Source: an uncultured Actinomycetes bacterium (GTDB lineage: Bacteria > Actinomycetota > Thermoleophilia > Gaiellales > Gaiellaceae). From it: DNA of 64,000 bases. The position numbers and the translations under genes were made by a program. The notes below the pieces were generated by a model. It saw nothing but the letters and a program-made list of their open reading frames with translations, had not been told where the DNA came from and made no database searches. Below are positions 1 to 10,155 of the stretch, piece by piece. The DNA lies in NCBI GenBank assembly GCA_963742635.1, contig CAVUMW010000019.1:270479-334478 (forward strand), in the 5' to 3' direction. The stretch's first letter is position 1. Every line of letters starts with the position of its first letter.

Positions 1-1
1 G

Positions 2-649
2 GCCGTCAGCGGCGCCCGCTATGCGTGGGCGGCACCGGTGATCCTGCTCCTCGTCGGTGTTCAGCTGTTCATGGGCATGTCCGCCGAGGCGTTCGACCGA
101 CTGAAGGAGGCGCACTTCCTGCGGGATGTCGGCCTGCCGGCGGTTGGGAAACTCGATCCGGTCGTGTGGTTCGGGATCTTCTGGCTCGTCGGGCTGGTGC
201 TCGGTTTCGTCGCGACCAGTTGGCTGATCAAGCGCTTCGAGCGCGGCGGCCGTCGCGTCGTCACCAGCACGCTGTTCACGCTCACTGCGATGGAGATGGT
301 GGCAATGCTCGTGTTCGCGCTGACCGGCTCGACGTGGCTTGCGATCGCCGCATTGCTCGGTGTCTTCTTCGCCCGCGACCTGGCCGGGCCGCTGTACACG
401 ATCTGGCTGAACGAGCAGATCAGGGAGTCGAGCGTCCGCGCGACCGTCCTCTCGATCTCAGGCCAGGCGAACGCGATCGGCCAGGCGGGCGGCGGGCCCG
501 TGCTCGGTGCGATCGGGAACGTGTGGGGGATCCGGGCCGCGCTCGCGACCGGCAGCCTCGTCATCGCGCCCGCGCTGTGGCTGTACGGCCGGGCGATCGC
601 ACACGACGGCCGCGAGCCCGACCTCGAGGAGCTACCCGCCGAGGCGTGA
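2..649 (+). CDS. MFS-type transporter, C-terminal part (5' end outside window)
   Basis: Frame is open from nt 2 to the stop at 647-649. The tail is a run of TM helices (LFTLTAMEMVAMLVFALTG...GPVLGAIGNVWGIRAALATGSLVIAPALWLY) typical of MFS C-termini. Confidence 0.6.
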   Translation, partial: AVSGARYAWAAPVILLLVGVQLFMGMSAEAFDRLKEAHFLRDVGLPAVGKLDPVVWFGIFWLVGLVLGFVATSWLIKRFERGGRRVVTSTLFTLTAMEMVAMLVFALTGSTWLAIAALLGVFFARDLAGPLYTIWLNEQIRESSVRATVLSISGQANAIGQAGGGPVLGAIGNVWGIRAALATGSLVIAPALWLYGRAIAHDGREPDLEELPAEA

Positions 650-685
650 CCCTGCTACGCTCCCGCGACATGAGAGGCAACGGAG

Positions 686-720
686 CCTCGGGCGACTGCG
701 CCCGGGGCTTTTCGCGTTTT
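686..720 (+). terminator. Candidate intrinsic terminator after the transporter gene
   Basis: GC stem CCTCGGGCG / CGCCCGGGG with a 4-nt loop, followed by CTTTTCGCGTTTT, 37 nt after the stop codon. Confidence 0.5.
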
Positions 721-797
721 AGACGGCCGTACTGGCAAAGCCAGCACGGCCTCTATGGTCGGCGCCGCCGAGTCGGCGCCTTAGAGGAGGCTTTCGC

Positions 798-2165
798 ATG
801 GCGCAGCAGGTCGAGTCGAAGAACCGGGCCACCTCCACTGAGGAGGCCCGCAAGGACGCTCTGAAGCAGATCAAGGACGACGGAGTCGAGTTCCTGCTCC
901 TCTGGTTCACCGACCTCGAGGGGCACCTGAAGTCGTTCGCGGTCACGCCGAGCGAGATCGAGGGGGCCCTCGACGACGGCATGGGGTTCGACGGCTCGTC
1001 GATCACCGGCTTCAACGCGATCGAGGAGTCGGACATGATCGCGATCCCGGATCCCGGCACCTATCGGCTGATGCCGTGGAAGGAGGGCGAGACGAAGGTC
1101 GGCCGCATGATCTGCGACGTCGTCACGCCGGACGGGAACCCGTACGAGGGCGATCCGCGCCACGTGCTGCGCCGCGCGCTCGACCGCATGCAGTCGATGG
1201 GCTTCGACACGTTCAACGTCGGCCCCGAGCTCGAGTACTTCCTCTTCAAGGACGACCGCGGGACCGAGACGCTCGACGAGGGCGGCTACTTCGCGATGAC
1301 GACGATGGACGCGGCGAGCGAGCTCCGACAGGAGACCGTGCGCGCGCTCGAGCACATGGGCATCCCGGTCGAGTACGTGCACCACGAGGTGGGCCCGTCG
1401 CAGCACGAGATCGACATGCGCTACGCACCGGCGCTCGAGATGGCGGACCACACGCTCACGTACCGGCTGATCGTGAAGGAGATCGCGAAGAAGGCCGGCT
1501 ACCACGCAACGTTCATGCCAAAGCCGATCTTCGGCGAGAACGGCTCGGGGATGCACACGCACCAGTCGCTGTTCACCGACGGGCGCAACAGCTTCTTCGA
1601 GGAGGGCGACAAGTGGAACCTGTCCGACGCCGGCAAGGCGTTCATCGCCGGGCAGCTACGCCACGCGCGTGAGATCTCAGCGGTCTTCGCGCAGTGGGTG
1701 AACTCGTACAAGCGGCTCGTCCCCGGCTACGAGGCGCCGGTCTACGTCGCGTGGTCGCGGCGGAACCGCTCGGCGCTGATCAGGATCCCGCTCTACAAGC
1801 CCGGGAACGAGCAGGCGACGCGCGCCGAGATCCGCTGTCCCGATCCGGCCTGCAACCCGTACCTGACGTTCGCGGCGCTGCTCCACGCGGGGCTTGAGGG
1901 GATCGAGCAGGGCTACGAGCTGCCCGAGCCGATGGAGACGAACCTGTACCACCTGACCTCGGAGCAGCGGAAGGAGCGCGGGATCGTGTCGCTCCCCGAG
2001 ACGCTCGGGGAGGCGATCGACGCGCTGGCCGACTCGGAGCTGGCGAAGAAGGCTCTGGGCGCCCACATCTTCGATCGCTACGTCGAGCTCAAGCGCAAGG
2101 AGTGGGACGACTACCGCGTCCAGCTCACCGACTGGGAGCAGGACCGGTATTTGAGCGTCCTCTAG
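798..2165 (+). CDS. glnA: Glutamine synthetase, type I
   Basis: 455-aa ORF with GAGGAGG upstream of the ATG. GS-I motifs are present: FTDLEGHLKSF, GPELEYFLF, GSGMHTHQS, CNPYL. Confidence 0.9.
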   Translation: MAQQVESKNRATSTEEARKDALKQIKDDGVEFLLLWFTDLEGHLKSFAVTPSEIEGALDDGMGFDGSSITGFNAIEESDMIAIPDPGTYRLMPWKEGETKVGRMICDVVTPDGNPYEGDPRHVLRRALDRMQSMGFDTFNVGPELEYFLFKDDRGTETLDEGGYFAMTTMDAASELRQETVRALEHMGIPVEYVHHEVGPSQHEIDMRYAPALEMADHTLTYRLIVKEIAKKAGYHATFMPKPIFGENGSGMHTHQSLFTDGRNSFFEEGDKWNLSDAGKAFIAGQLRHAREISAVFAQWVNSYKRLVPGYEAPVYVAWSRRNRSALIRIPLYKPGNEQATRAEIRCPDPACNPYLTFAALLHAGLEGIEQGYELPEPMETNLYHLTSEQRKERGIVSLPETLGEAIDALADSELAKKALGAHIFDRYVELKRKEWDDYRVQLTDWEQDRYLSVL

Positions 2166-2207
2166 TTTGTCGAAGTCGCTCGAAAGTAGGACAATCGAGA
2201 TCTCACC

Positions 2208-2239
2208 GGTCCTTGCCGCTTTGGCGGGTGGCAAGGACC
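2208..2239. terminator. Hairpin between convergent glnA and the PRC-barrel gene (possible bidirectional terminator)
   Basis: GGTCCTTGCC-12 nt-GGCAAGGACC, a perfect 10-bp stem in the 121-nt convergent intergenic region. There is no clear U-tract. Confidence 0.4.
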
Positions 2240-2286
2240 GCTGACGGCCGACCGCGAGCTGCTTTCACGAGCGGCTCGTGGTCGTT

Positions 2287-2541
2287 CTAGAGAAAACTGA
2301 GGACTGCGTCGCGGTCGACGCTGAGGCCGATCACGCCGCTGCGGCTGTCGATCTCGGAGATCGCGTCGGCCGGGACGAGGCTCCGGCGGCGCGACAGAAA
2401 GCCCGAGCGGACCGAGATCGCGTCCGGCACATCGGGGGCGCTCCCGTACATGGGGGCCTCCACGGTGCCGACGATCTTGCCCTTCGCGTCGGCGACGAGA
2501 AAGCCGATCGTGCGGAGCAACTCTGGGCGCGCGACGCTCAT
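2287..2541 (-). CDS. PRC-barrel domain protein (small)
   Basis: 84-aa ORF. The pattern GFLVADAKGKIVGTVE...LVPADAISEID resembles PRC-barrel proteins. The other ORFs overlapping here look like GC shadows. Confidence 0.5.
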   Translation of the reverse strand: MSVARPELLRTIGFLVADAKGKIVGTVEAPMYGSAPDVPDAISVRSGFLSRRRSLVPADAISEIDSRSGVIGLSVDRDAVLSFL

Positions 2542-2617
2542 GTCGTTGACGTTATCCGCGGCGTATGACGGAAAACCACGCCCGTCGTAAGGGTTTTGTT
2601 AAGGCAGAATCGGGGCC

Positions 2618-4021
2618 GTGGACGTCTCCGCGCGCCACTTGCGACTGCTGACCGAGACGAGCGCGGCGGTCAACTCGACGCTCGACCTCGAGGAAGTGCT
2701 TGCGCTGGTCGCGAGCAAGGTCGCAGACGCGCTCGAGGCCGATGCCTGCTTCGTCTACCTCTACGACGAGCACGCCGACGAGCTGATCCTGCGCGCGACG
2801 CACGGCACGCGCGTCGAGGAGATGACCAGGACGCCGCGGATGAAGCCGGGCGAGGGCATCACGGGCACCGCCGCCGCCGAGCGCTCGCCGATCATGATCG
2901 CGGGCCAGGCGCATCTCGACGAGCGCTTCAAGGCGTTCACGAACCTGCCCGAGGACGAGTACGAGTCGATCCTGGCCGTACCGATCCTGGCCCGCGAGAA
3001 GCTTGCCGGCGCGCTCAACGTGCGCACGATCGAGCCGCACGAGTTCTCCGAGGCCGAGATCGATCTCCTCGTGGCGATCGCGGCCCAGGTGGCGCAGACG
3101 ATCGAGCACGCGAAGCTGTACGCGGATGCGCAGGCCCGCGTGTCCGAGCTCGAGGCGCTGGCCAAGATCTCCGAGGCGGTGTCGGAGTCGCTCTACCTCG
3201 AGGAGTCGGTCGAGGCGATCGTGAAGACGACGATGGAGGCCGTCGGCGCGACCGGCGCTGCGCTCGTTCTCGAGGACGGGAACATCGCGTGGCCCGAGGG
3301 TCGTGCGGGCAAGCATGCGATCCGCCTTCCGCTGCGCTGGAAGCGGCGCGCCATCGGCGAGCTCGTCTGCGATCGCGACACGCCGTTCACGGAGCAGGAG
3401 CGCGCGCTGCTCGCGTCGATCGCCCACCACGCCGCGGTCGCCCTCGAGCACGGACGCGCCGTCATGCGTGGCGTCCTCGCCCAGGAGATCCACCACCGCG
3501 TCAAGAACAACCTGCAGACCGTCGCCTCGCTCCTGCGGCTCCAGTCCCGCTCCGAAGACGTCGACCCGCGCAAGGCGCTCGAGGACTCGGTGAACCGCAT
3601 CCTCGCGATCGCCGCCGTGCACGAAGTGCTGACCGAGCGGCGCGACGAGGAAGTCGACCTGGACGAGCTGCTCGACCGGCTGCGCGCGATGCTCGTCCAG
3701 GGGCTGGGCCAGGAAAAGCACGTGGAGGCTCGCCTGGCGCACGTCTCGCTCGCCGGCGGCCGCGCGACGGCGCTCGCGCTGGTCTTCAGCGAGCTGCTCC
3801 AGAACGCGCTCGAACATGGAGGCGACTCCGTTCGGGTCGAGCTCGCGCAGCGCGACGGCGAGGTCGTGCTCGCGATCGCCGACGACGGACGCGGGATCGA
3901 CGAGGATGCGACCGGCACCGGCCTCTCGATCGTGCGCGCGCTGGTGCGCGACGAGCTGCGAGGAACGCTCGACCTGCACTCGAACGGCGGCCTGCGGGCG
4001 GAGGTCGTCTTCCCGGCCTGA
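2618..4021 (+). CDS. pdtaS: GAF-domain sensor histidine kinase (PdtaS-like, HisKA_2 type)
   Basis: 467 aa. N-terminal GAF-like repeats, H-box EIHHRVKNNLQTVASLLRLQ, and an ATPase region (LLQNALEHG, DDGRGI, GTGLSIVRALV). No TM segments, so cytoplasmic. Confidence 0.8.
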   Translation: MDVSARHLRLLTETSAAVNSTLDLEEVLALVASKVADALEADACFVYLYDEHADELILRATHGTRVEEMTRTPRMKPGEGITGTAAAERSPIMIAGQAHLDERFKAFTNLPEDEYESILAVPILAREKLAGALNVRTIEPHEFSEAEIDLLVAIAAQVAQTIEHAKLYADAQARVSELEALAKISEAVSESLYLEESVEAIVKTTMEAVGATGAALVLEDGNIAWPEGRAGKHAIRLPLRWKRRAIGELVCDRDTPFTEQERALLASIAHHAAVALEHGRAVMRGVLAQEIHHRVKNNLQTVASLLRLQSRSEDVDPRKALEDSVNRILAIAAVHEVLTERRDEEVDLDELLDRLRAMLVQGLGQEKHVEARLAHVSLAGGRATALALVFSELLQNALEHGGDSVRVELAQRDGEVVLAIADDGRGIDEDATGTGLSIVRALVRDELRGTLDLHSNGGLRAEVVFPA

Positions 4022-4356
4022 TGGAGCTCGACGGCTACAGCTTCGTCCTCCTCAAGCGCGGGCCGCGGGCGCTCGAGTACTCGGACGAGGAGCTCGGCCG
4101 GCTCCAGGAGCAGCACCTCGCCCATCTCGCCGAGATGCGGGAGCAGGGGCACCTGCTGCTCGCCGGGCCCTTCTCGGAGCAGCCGGACGAGACCTTGCGC
4201 GGGTTCTGTCTGTACAGGACGAGCGTCGAGGAGACGCGCCGACTGGCCGAGTCGGACCCGTCGGTTCGGGCCGGGCGGATGGCCGTCGACGTCATGGGCT
4301 GGTGGACGGCACGCGGCGCACTCGCGGAGCTAGCTGGCCAGCTTGCCGACGAGTGA
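4021..4356 (+). CDS. YciI-like family protein
   Basis: ATG overlaps the kinase stop (TGATG). The 111-aa product MELDGYSFVLLKRGP...HLAHLAEMREQGHLLLAGPF...DPSVRAGRM fits the YCII fold pattern. Confidence 0.65.
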   Translation: MELDGYSFVLLKRGPRALEYSDEELGRLQEQHLAHLAEMREQGHLLLAGPFSEQPDETLRGFCLYRTSVEETRRLAESDPSVRAGRMAVDVMGWWTARGALAELAGQLADE

Positions 4357-4868
4357 CGCGATCGGCCGGGCATCGGCGGCAAGTCGGTAGCTGGTCGCCG
4401 GCGGGTAGTCGTCCGTGACGCGCCGCTCGACGACGCCTGCGGCCTCGAGGTCCTTGAGCGCGAGAGTGAGCGCGCGCGGGCGAGATGCCCTCGAGCCGCC
4501 TCGCGAAGCTCGGAGAAGCGAAGTCGGCCTCGCCAGAGGGCGTACACGACCGGCATCGACCACTTCTTGAGCGCCGACTTCCTCGAGGCCGCGCGCGCGG
4601 AGCCGCTCGACGAGCGGCGCACCACGCGCGGCGACCCGTTCGCCCGCGGGTGGTCAGCACGTACTCCGGTCGCAGAGGGTGTCCGTAGCCGGGGTTGCGG
4701 CCGACGAGCCCGCTCGTCGATCAGGGCCGTCAGCGTCCGGCGTAGCGACTCGCGGCTCATCCCGAGTGTGCGCGCAAGCGTCACGAAGCGGCTGCCGCGC
4801 TGGCGGCGCAGCTCGGCGAGAATCGGGACCGACCAGCGGTTGTGGAAGAGGGTGACGAGGGTTGACAT
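4330..4868 (-). pseudogene. HxlR-family wHTH regulator (apparently tandem-duplicated), broken by several frameshifts
   Basis: HxlR-like pieces lie in three frames: LFHNRWSVPILAEL...SRESLRRTLTALIDE, then GLVGRNPGYGHPLRPEYVLTTRG, then KKWSMPVVYALWRGRLRFSELRE, then RALTLALKDLEAAGVVERRVTDDYPPATSYRL. Confidence 0.5.
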
Positions 4869-4954
4869 GGAAGTATTCGTAGTATAAAAACAGGACAGGA
4901 TAGGACAAGGAAACGAGAGGAGAAGGCGATGACCCAGGAGACCCAGGTCGCCTG

Positions 4955-5347
4955 GTGGCGACCGACACCCCGTTCGACTACAGCCAGAACCTGACCATCT
5001 CGGTCGGCGTCTCCGACATGGAGAAGGCGATCGAGTGGTACGGCGACGTGCTCGGCCTCGAGCTCGTCTACAAGCTCGAGCAGTTCGGCTGGTGCGAGAT
5101 GGCGACCGCCACGAAGCACGTCACGATCGGCCTCGGCCAGACCGAAGACGTGAAGCCGGGCAGCACGACCCCGACCTTCGGCGTCGTCGACATCGACGCG
5201 TCTCGCAAGCACCTCGAGTCGAAGGACGTGCGCTTCGACGGCGACACGTACGAGATCGAGGGCATGGTCAAGCTCTGCATGTTCTACGACCCCGACGGCA
5301 ACTCGTACATGCTCGCGCAGAGCCTCACCTCGGAGATCCCCTCGTAG
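4955..5347 (+). CDS. VOC (glyoxalase/bleomycin-resistance/dioxygenase) family protein
   Basis: 130 aa, divergent from the HxlR gene. Typical VOC pattern: AIEWYGDVLGLELV...FYDPDGNSYML. Confidence 0.75.
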   Translation: MATDTPFDYSQNLTISVGVSDMEKAIEWYGDVLGLELVYKLEQFGWCEMATATKHVTIGLGQTEDVKPGSTTPTFGVVDIDASRKHLESKDVRFDGDTYEIEGMVKLCMFYDPDGNSYMLAQSLTSEIPS

Positions 5348-5357
5348 ACTCTCCCGC

Positions 5358-5930
5358 GTGAGAGTCCTCATCGCCGAGGACGAGACGATCATCAGGCTCG
5401 ACCTGCGAACCCTGCTCGAGCGTGCGGGGTTCGAGGTCTGCGCGGAGGCCCGCGACGGCGAAGAGGCCGTGGCCCTGGCCCGCGAGACCGAGCCCGAGGT
5501 GGCCGTGCTCGACGTGAAGATGCCCCGGCTGGACGGGATCGAGGCGGCGCGGCGCATCCTCGACGAGCGGCCGATCCCGATCGTGATGCTGACGGCCTAC
5601 GGGCAGGACGAGCTGGTCTCGCGGGCCGTCGAGGCCGGGGTCTTCGGGTATCTCGTGAAGCCGTTCCGCGAGCAGGATCTCCTGCCGGCGATCCACGCGG
5701 CGAGGGCGCGGCACGAGGAGCTCGCGGCGCTCCGCGAGGAGGCGGAGTCGCTCTCGGAGGCGCTCGCGGCGCGCAAGGTGATCGAGCGCGCGAAGGGCCT
5801 CTTGATGTCGAAGGAGAACCTCTCCGAGGACGAGGCGTTCGCCCGGTTGCGCAAGGCGAGCCAGGTTTCGGGCCGGCCGCTGCGGGTCGTGGCCGAAGCC
5901 GTGCTCGCAACGTTCGGTTCCCAGCCTTGA
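5358..5930 (+). CDS. pdtaR: ANTAR-domain response regulator (PdtaR-like)
   Basis: 190 aa. REC domain (LIAEDE...VLDVKMPRLDG...GYLVKPF) followed by ANTAR (VIERAKGLLMSKENLSEDEAFARLRKASQ). Confidence 0.85.
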   Translation: MRVLIAEDETIIRLDLRTLLERAGFEVCAEARDGEEAVALARETEPEVAVLDVKMPRLDGIEAARRILDERPIPIVMLTAYGQDELVSRAVEAGVFGYLVKPFREQDLLPAIHAARARHEELAALREEAESLSEALAARKVIERAKGLLMSKENLSEDEAFARLRKASQVSGRPLRVVAEAVLATFGSQP

Positions 5931-6245
5931 ACTGACCGCCACTGCCGCAGTGGTCAAGGACCGAGCTGGGCGGTGGTCGGTCAACCACTGGATGCCCGAG
6001 CGCTTCCACGGACCTCCGGCCAAGGCGACGCAGATCAAAACCGCCAAGAAAACCCCGCGCGCCAACGCCAACAAGTCGACGTCGCAGAAGACCGCTGCAC
6101 CGGCTTCTGACGCGGGGCAGCCGCCTCACACGCGCGGGTTCTGGCCCTCGTGCCGCTCGGGGTCCTGTCGCTGACCATCCTCGCGCCGTTGATGCTCCTG
6201 GTCGTGGGGTGGCTTCGCAGCCGCCGAGCCGCCGCCCGCGAGTCG

Positions 6246-8135
6246 CTAGGCGCCTGAGCGTTCGAAGAGCTGCTCCCAGCGAGTGAGCAGCGTCTGCAGA
6301 TCGTCTCGAGCGCGACGATGCGCGGCGACGACGTCGACGTTCGACCAGTCGTCGGCAAGCTGCCGCTCGAGGCCTGCGATCTCGGCCTCGCGGTCGGCGA
6401 TGTCGGATTCCAGGCGTTCGAGCTCGCTCGATCGCGGCTTCGCCGCCGGCCGCGGCTTCGCCCTGACCTGCTTCGGCTTCTCGGGCGGAGGCGCCTCCGG
6501 CTTCGCGCGCGCGTCTCTCGCCGCGACGTAGTCGGCCCAGCCGCCGTCGTAGGAACGGATCGTGCCGTCCTCGAGGGCGAGCGTTCGGTCCGCGATCGCG
6601 TCCAGCAGGGCACGGTCGTGGGAAACGAGGAGCACGGTTCCCGGGAAGGCGTCGAGCGCCGCCTCGAGGGCCTCGCGGCTCTCCAGGTCGAGGTGGTTCG
6701 TCGGCTCGTCGAGCAGCAGGAGGTTCGCGCCCGAGGCGACGACGAGCGCCAGCGCGAGCCTGCGCCGCTCTCCGCCCGAGAGCGCCGACACGGACCGCTC
6801 GTGCATGTCCCAGCCCGTGAAGAGGAACCGTCCGAGCAGGTTCTGCGCCTGCGGCCGCTGCAGGCCCGTCTCGTGCTGGGTCAGTGAGAGCACGGTCCGG
6901 CTCTCGTCGAGCTCGACCTCGTGCTGGGAGAAGTACGCGGGCTCGACGCCGTGTCCCAGCCGGAGCTTCCCTCTCTTCGGCTCTCGGCGGCCGAGCAGGG
7001 TCTCGAGCAGGGTCGTCTTGCCGGCTCCGTTCGGGCCGACGAGCGCCACGTGCTCTCCGCGCTCGATCGCGAAGTTCACACCCGACAGCAGTTCCTTGTC
7101 GCCCGCGGCGAGCTCGACTCCTTCCGCCTCGGCGACGGTCCGGCCGCTGCGCTTCGGCTGCAGGAACTCGAAGCCGAGGCTCTTGGCGCGCCTGGTCAGG
7201 AGGTCGATCTCGCCTCGCAGCTCGGAGCGCTCCTGCTGGAGCCGGCCGATGTGGGTCAGCTTGGCCTGCGCGCGCTTCGCGAGGTTCTTCTTGTAGCGGA
7301 AGCGCTCCACGAAGCGCTCGAGCCTGGCGATGTCGACGTCGATGCGGCCGGCCGCGGTCGTGGCTGCGGCGAGGCGTGCCGCTTTTTCACGGCGCCAGTT
7401 GTGCCAGGGGCCGGCGAAGTAGGTCGAACGGCCGGCTTCGAGCTCGAGGACTGCGTTCGTGACCGCTTCGAGGAACCAGCGGTCGTGCGCGACGAGGAGG
7501 ACCGCTGCGTCGATCGACTGCAGCTCGCGCTCGAGCCATTCGAGGCTCGCCACGTCGAGGTGGTTCGTGGGCTCGTCGAGGAGCAGGAGGTCCGGGTCGC
7601 CGCCGAGTGCGCGGGCGAGCGAGGCGCGGGTCAGCTCGCCGCCCGAGAAGCTGTACAGCGGCCGGTCGAGGTCGTTCGTCGTGAAGCCGAGGTTCCGCGT
7701 GACGGAGTCGAGCCGCTCGCGCCAGGCGTACCCGCCCGCGTGCTCGAGGCGCGCCTGGGTCTCGGCGTAGCTGCGGAGCGTTGCCGGCTCGTGGTCGCCG
7801 GCGGCCATGGCGTCTTCGAGTCGGCGCAGCTCGCGTTCGGCTGCGGTCAGGTCGGCGGCGCCGGAGAGGACGTAGTCGCGCAGGGCGGCCGCGCTCTCGG
7901 CGGGCGGGCGTTGGTCGTGGAGCGCGATGCGCGTGCCCTTGGCCATCGAGATCGTGCCGCCGTGAAGCTCGGTTTCGCCGTTGAGGAGCCGGAGCAGCGT
8001 CGTCTTGCCGGCGCCGTTGGGGCCGGAGAGGGAGACGCGGTCGCGGCGCTCGACCTTGAACGAGACGCCGTCGAAGAGCGGCTCGCCGGAGAGCTCCTTG
8101 CGCAGGTTGGTTGCCGTGACGACGGCCATGGGCAC
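6246..8135 (-). CDS. ABC-F family ATPase (Uup/YbiT-like; no TM domain)
   Basis: 629 aa with two ABC cassettes (GPNGAGKTTLL twice, LSGGE signatures, LLLDEPTNHLD twice) and a C-terminal charged coiled-coil. Confidence 0.9.
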   Translation of the reverse strand: MPMAVVTATNLRKELSGEPLFDGVSFKVERRDRVSLSGPNGAGKTTLLRLLNGETELHGGTISMAKGTRIALHDQRPPAESAAALRDYVLSGAADLTAAERELRRLEDAMAAGDHEPATLRSYAETQARLEHAGGYAWRERLDSVTRNLGFTTNDLDRPLYSFSGGELTRASLARALGGDPDLLLLDEPTNHLDVASLEWLERELQSIDAAVLLVAHDRWFLEAVTNAVLELEAGRSTYFAGPWHNWRREKAARLAAATTAAGRIDVDIARLERFVERFRYKKNLAKRAQAKLTHIGRLQQERSELRGEIDLLTRRAKSLGFEFLQPKRSGRTVAEAEGVELAAGDKELLSGVNFAIERGEHVALVGPNGAGKTTLLETLLGRREPKRGKLRLGHGVEPAYFSQHEVELDESRTVLSLTQHETGLQRPQAQNLLGRFLFTGWDMHERSVSALSGGERRRLALALVVASGANLLLLDEPTNHLDLESREALEAALDAFPGTVLLVSHDRALLDAIADRTLALEDGTIRSYDGGWADYVAARDARAKPEAPPPEKPKQVRAKPRPAAKPRSSELERLESDIADREAEIAGLERQLADDWSNVDVVAAHRRARDDLQTLLTRWEQLFERSGA

Positions 8136-8237
8136 AGCGTAGAGGTCGCCGCAGGCTCGAATTCGGCGCGCTTTCGGCTCAGACGCGTTCGCGTTGGGCG
8201 GTTACGCTCGTCGCGGGTGGCGGGTGGAACTCTTCCT

Positions 8238-8253
8238 CCCCACCCGGGTGGGG
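8238..8253 (-). terminator. Palindrome downstream of tkt (possible terminator stem)
   Basis: Perfect 16-nt palindrome CCCCACCCGGGTGGGG, 26 nt past the tkt stop. No U-tract. Confidence 0.3.
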
Positions 8254-8278
8254 ATGTACTGGGATCTGGCCCGCTCGG

Positions 8279-10135
8279 TCAGCTCGTGGCGCCGACCGTG
8301 CTCGCGACGAGCTCGCGCGCCGCAGCGGCGATGTGCTCGGCGTCGATCCCCGCCGCCGCGAGCAGCTCGGCCGGAGTCCCCGAGCCGGGCAGCTCGCGAA
8401 CCGCCAGCTGAACGACCCTGGGCCGCTCGTCGGAATCGGCGAACGCCGACAGAACCGCCTCCGCCAGGCCGCCCTCCGGCCAGTGATCCTCGGCGACCAC
8501 GAACCGGCCGCCGGTCGCCTCGGCCGCGGCGCGAAGCGTGTCCACGTCGACCGGCTTGACCGAATAGAGGTCGATCACGCGCGCAGCGACGCCCTCTTCG
8601 GCGAGCGCGTCCGCGGCCTTGAGCGCCTCGTGCAACGTGATCCCCGCGCCGATCAGCGCAACCTCGTCACCGTCCGAGGCCCGAACGACCCTGCTGCCGC
8701 CGACGTGGAACTCGTCGTCGGCCCCGTACAGGACTGTCGTGTTCGCGCGCGTCGTGCGCATGAAGACGATCCCCTCCAGGTCGGCCATGATCTCGACGAG
8801 CTTCGCGGTCTGGTTCGCGTCGCTCGGATAGAGCACCGTCGAGCCGTGCACCGCCCGGAAGGCCGCCAGATCCTCGAGCGCCATCTGGGACGGGCCGTCC
8901 TCGCCGATCGAGACACCCGCGTGCGAGCCGACCAGCTTCAGGTTCGCGCGGCTGATCGCCGCCATGCGGACGAAGTCGTACGCCCGGGTCAGGAACGCCG
9001 CGAACGTCGAGGCGAACGGCTTCCAGCCGCGCACCTGGATCCCGACCGCCGCCGCGACCATCTGCTGCTCGGCGATGTACATCTCGAAGTAGCGGTCCGG
9101 GTGCGCGTCGCGAAAGATCTCCGCGTAGGTCGAGTTCGAGACCTCCCCGTCGAGCGCGACCACGTCTCCGCGCGCGTCGCCGAGCGCCTTGAGCGCATCG
9201 CCGTACGCCTTGCGCGTCGCGACGTCGTCACCGACCTCGTACGACGGAAGCTCGAGCGTGCCGTGCTCGAAGCGATGCGGCTCGCCGTCGAACTCGGGCT
9301 TCGCGACGTCGATCGTGATGTTGCGGATCCCGCCCAGCTCCGCGATCGCGGCCTCAGGATCGTCCAGCGCCTTGCCGTGGAACCCGTCCTTGTTCTCGAC
9401 CGCCTTCACGCCCTTGCCCTTGATCGTCTTGGCCACGATCACGGTCGGCACGCCTGTCGTCCCGAGAGCCTCGGCGTAGGCGGCGTCGATCGCCTCCACG
9501 TCGTGACCGTCGATCTCGATCGCCTGCCAGCCGAAAGCCTGGGCCCGCTTCGCGTACGAGTCGAGATCCCAGCCGTGCATCGTCTCGCCGCGCTGGCCGA
9601 GCCGGTTCACGTCGATGATCGCGATCAGGTTGTCGAGCTTCTCGTGCCAGGCGTGCTCGAACGCCTCCCACATCGAGCCCTCGGCCATCTCGCTGTCGCC
9701 GCAGAGCACCCAGATCCGGTACGGGAGCCTGTCGAGCCGCTTGCCCGCGAGCGCAATGCCGACGCCGTACGGCAGCCCCTGGCCCAGCGAGCCGGTCGCC
9801 ACGTCCACCCACGGCAGCACCGGAGTCGGGTGCCCCTCGAGCCGGCTTCCGAACTTGCGGAACGTGAGCAGCTCCTCGTCCGTGATCGCCCCCGCGGCCT
9901 TGTACATCGAGTACAGGAGCGGCGAGGCGTGCCCCTTGGAGAAGACGAGATGGTCGTTCCGCGGGTCGTCGGGCGCATCGAAGTCGTACCGGAGGTGCTT
10001 CGCCAGCAGCACGGCCATGAGGTCGGCCGCGGACATCGACGAGGTTGGATGGCCCGACTTCGGGACCGCCGCCGCGCGGATGGAGTCGACGCGCAGCTGC
10101 TGACCGAGCTCACGCCACAGTTCGGGGCCTTCCAT
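8279..10135 (-). CDS. tkt: Transketolase
   Basis: 618 aa. Motifs GHPTSSMSAADL, CGDSEMAEGSMWEA and EDGPSQMALEDL. Confidence 0.92.
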   Translation of the reverse strand: MEGPELWRELGQQLRVDSIRAAAVPKSGHPTSSMSAADLMAVLLAKHLRYDFDAPDDPRNDHLVFSKGHASPLLYSMYKAAGAITDEELLTFRKFGSRLEGHPTPVLPWVDVATGSLGQGLPYGVGIALAGKRLDRLPYRIWVLCGDSEMAEGSMWEAFEHAWHEKLDNLIAIIDVNRLGQRGETMHGWDLDSYAKRAQAFGWQAIEIDGHDVEAIDAAYAEALGTTGVPTVIVAKTIKGKGVKAVENKDGFHGKALDDPEAAIAELGGIRNITIDVAKPEFDGEPHRFEHGTLELPSYEVGDDVATRKAYGDALKALGDARGDVVALDGEVSNSTYAEIFRDAHPDRYFEMYIAEQQMVAAAVGIQVRGWKPFASTFAAFLTRAYDFVRMAAISRANLKLVGSHAGVSIGEDGPSQMALEDLAAFRAVHGSTVLYPSDANQTAKLVEIMADLEGIVFMRTTRANTTVLYGADDEFHVGGSRVVRASDGDEVALIGAGITLHEALKAADALAEEGVAARVIDLYSVKPVDVDTLRAAAEATGGRFVVAEDHWPEGGLAEAVLSAFADSDERPRVVQLAVRELPGSGTPAELLAAAGIDAEHIAAAARELVASTVGATS

Positions 10136-10155
10136 CCAGGTAACGTAACCGCTCG

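Noticed and set aside
5950-6245. A Lys/Ala/Pro-rich 74-aa ORF followed, in another frame, by a TM-helix tail (VLALVPLGVLSLTILAPLMLLVVGW).
   Set aside because: It could be one small frameshifted membrane protein. There is no RBS or family signature, and the composition is compatible with non-coding GC-rich sequence, so I did not call it.
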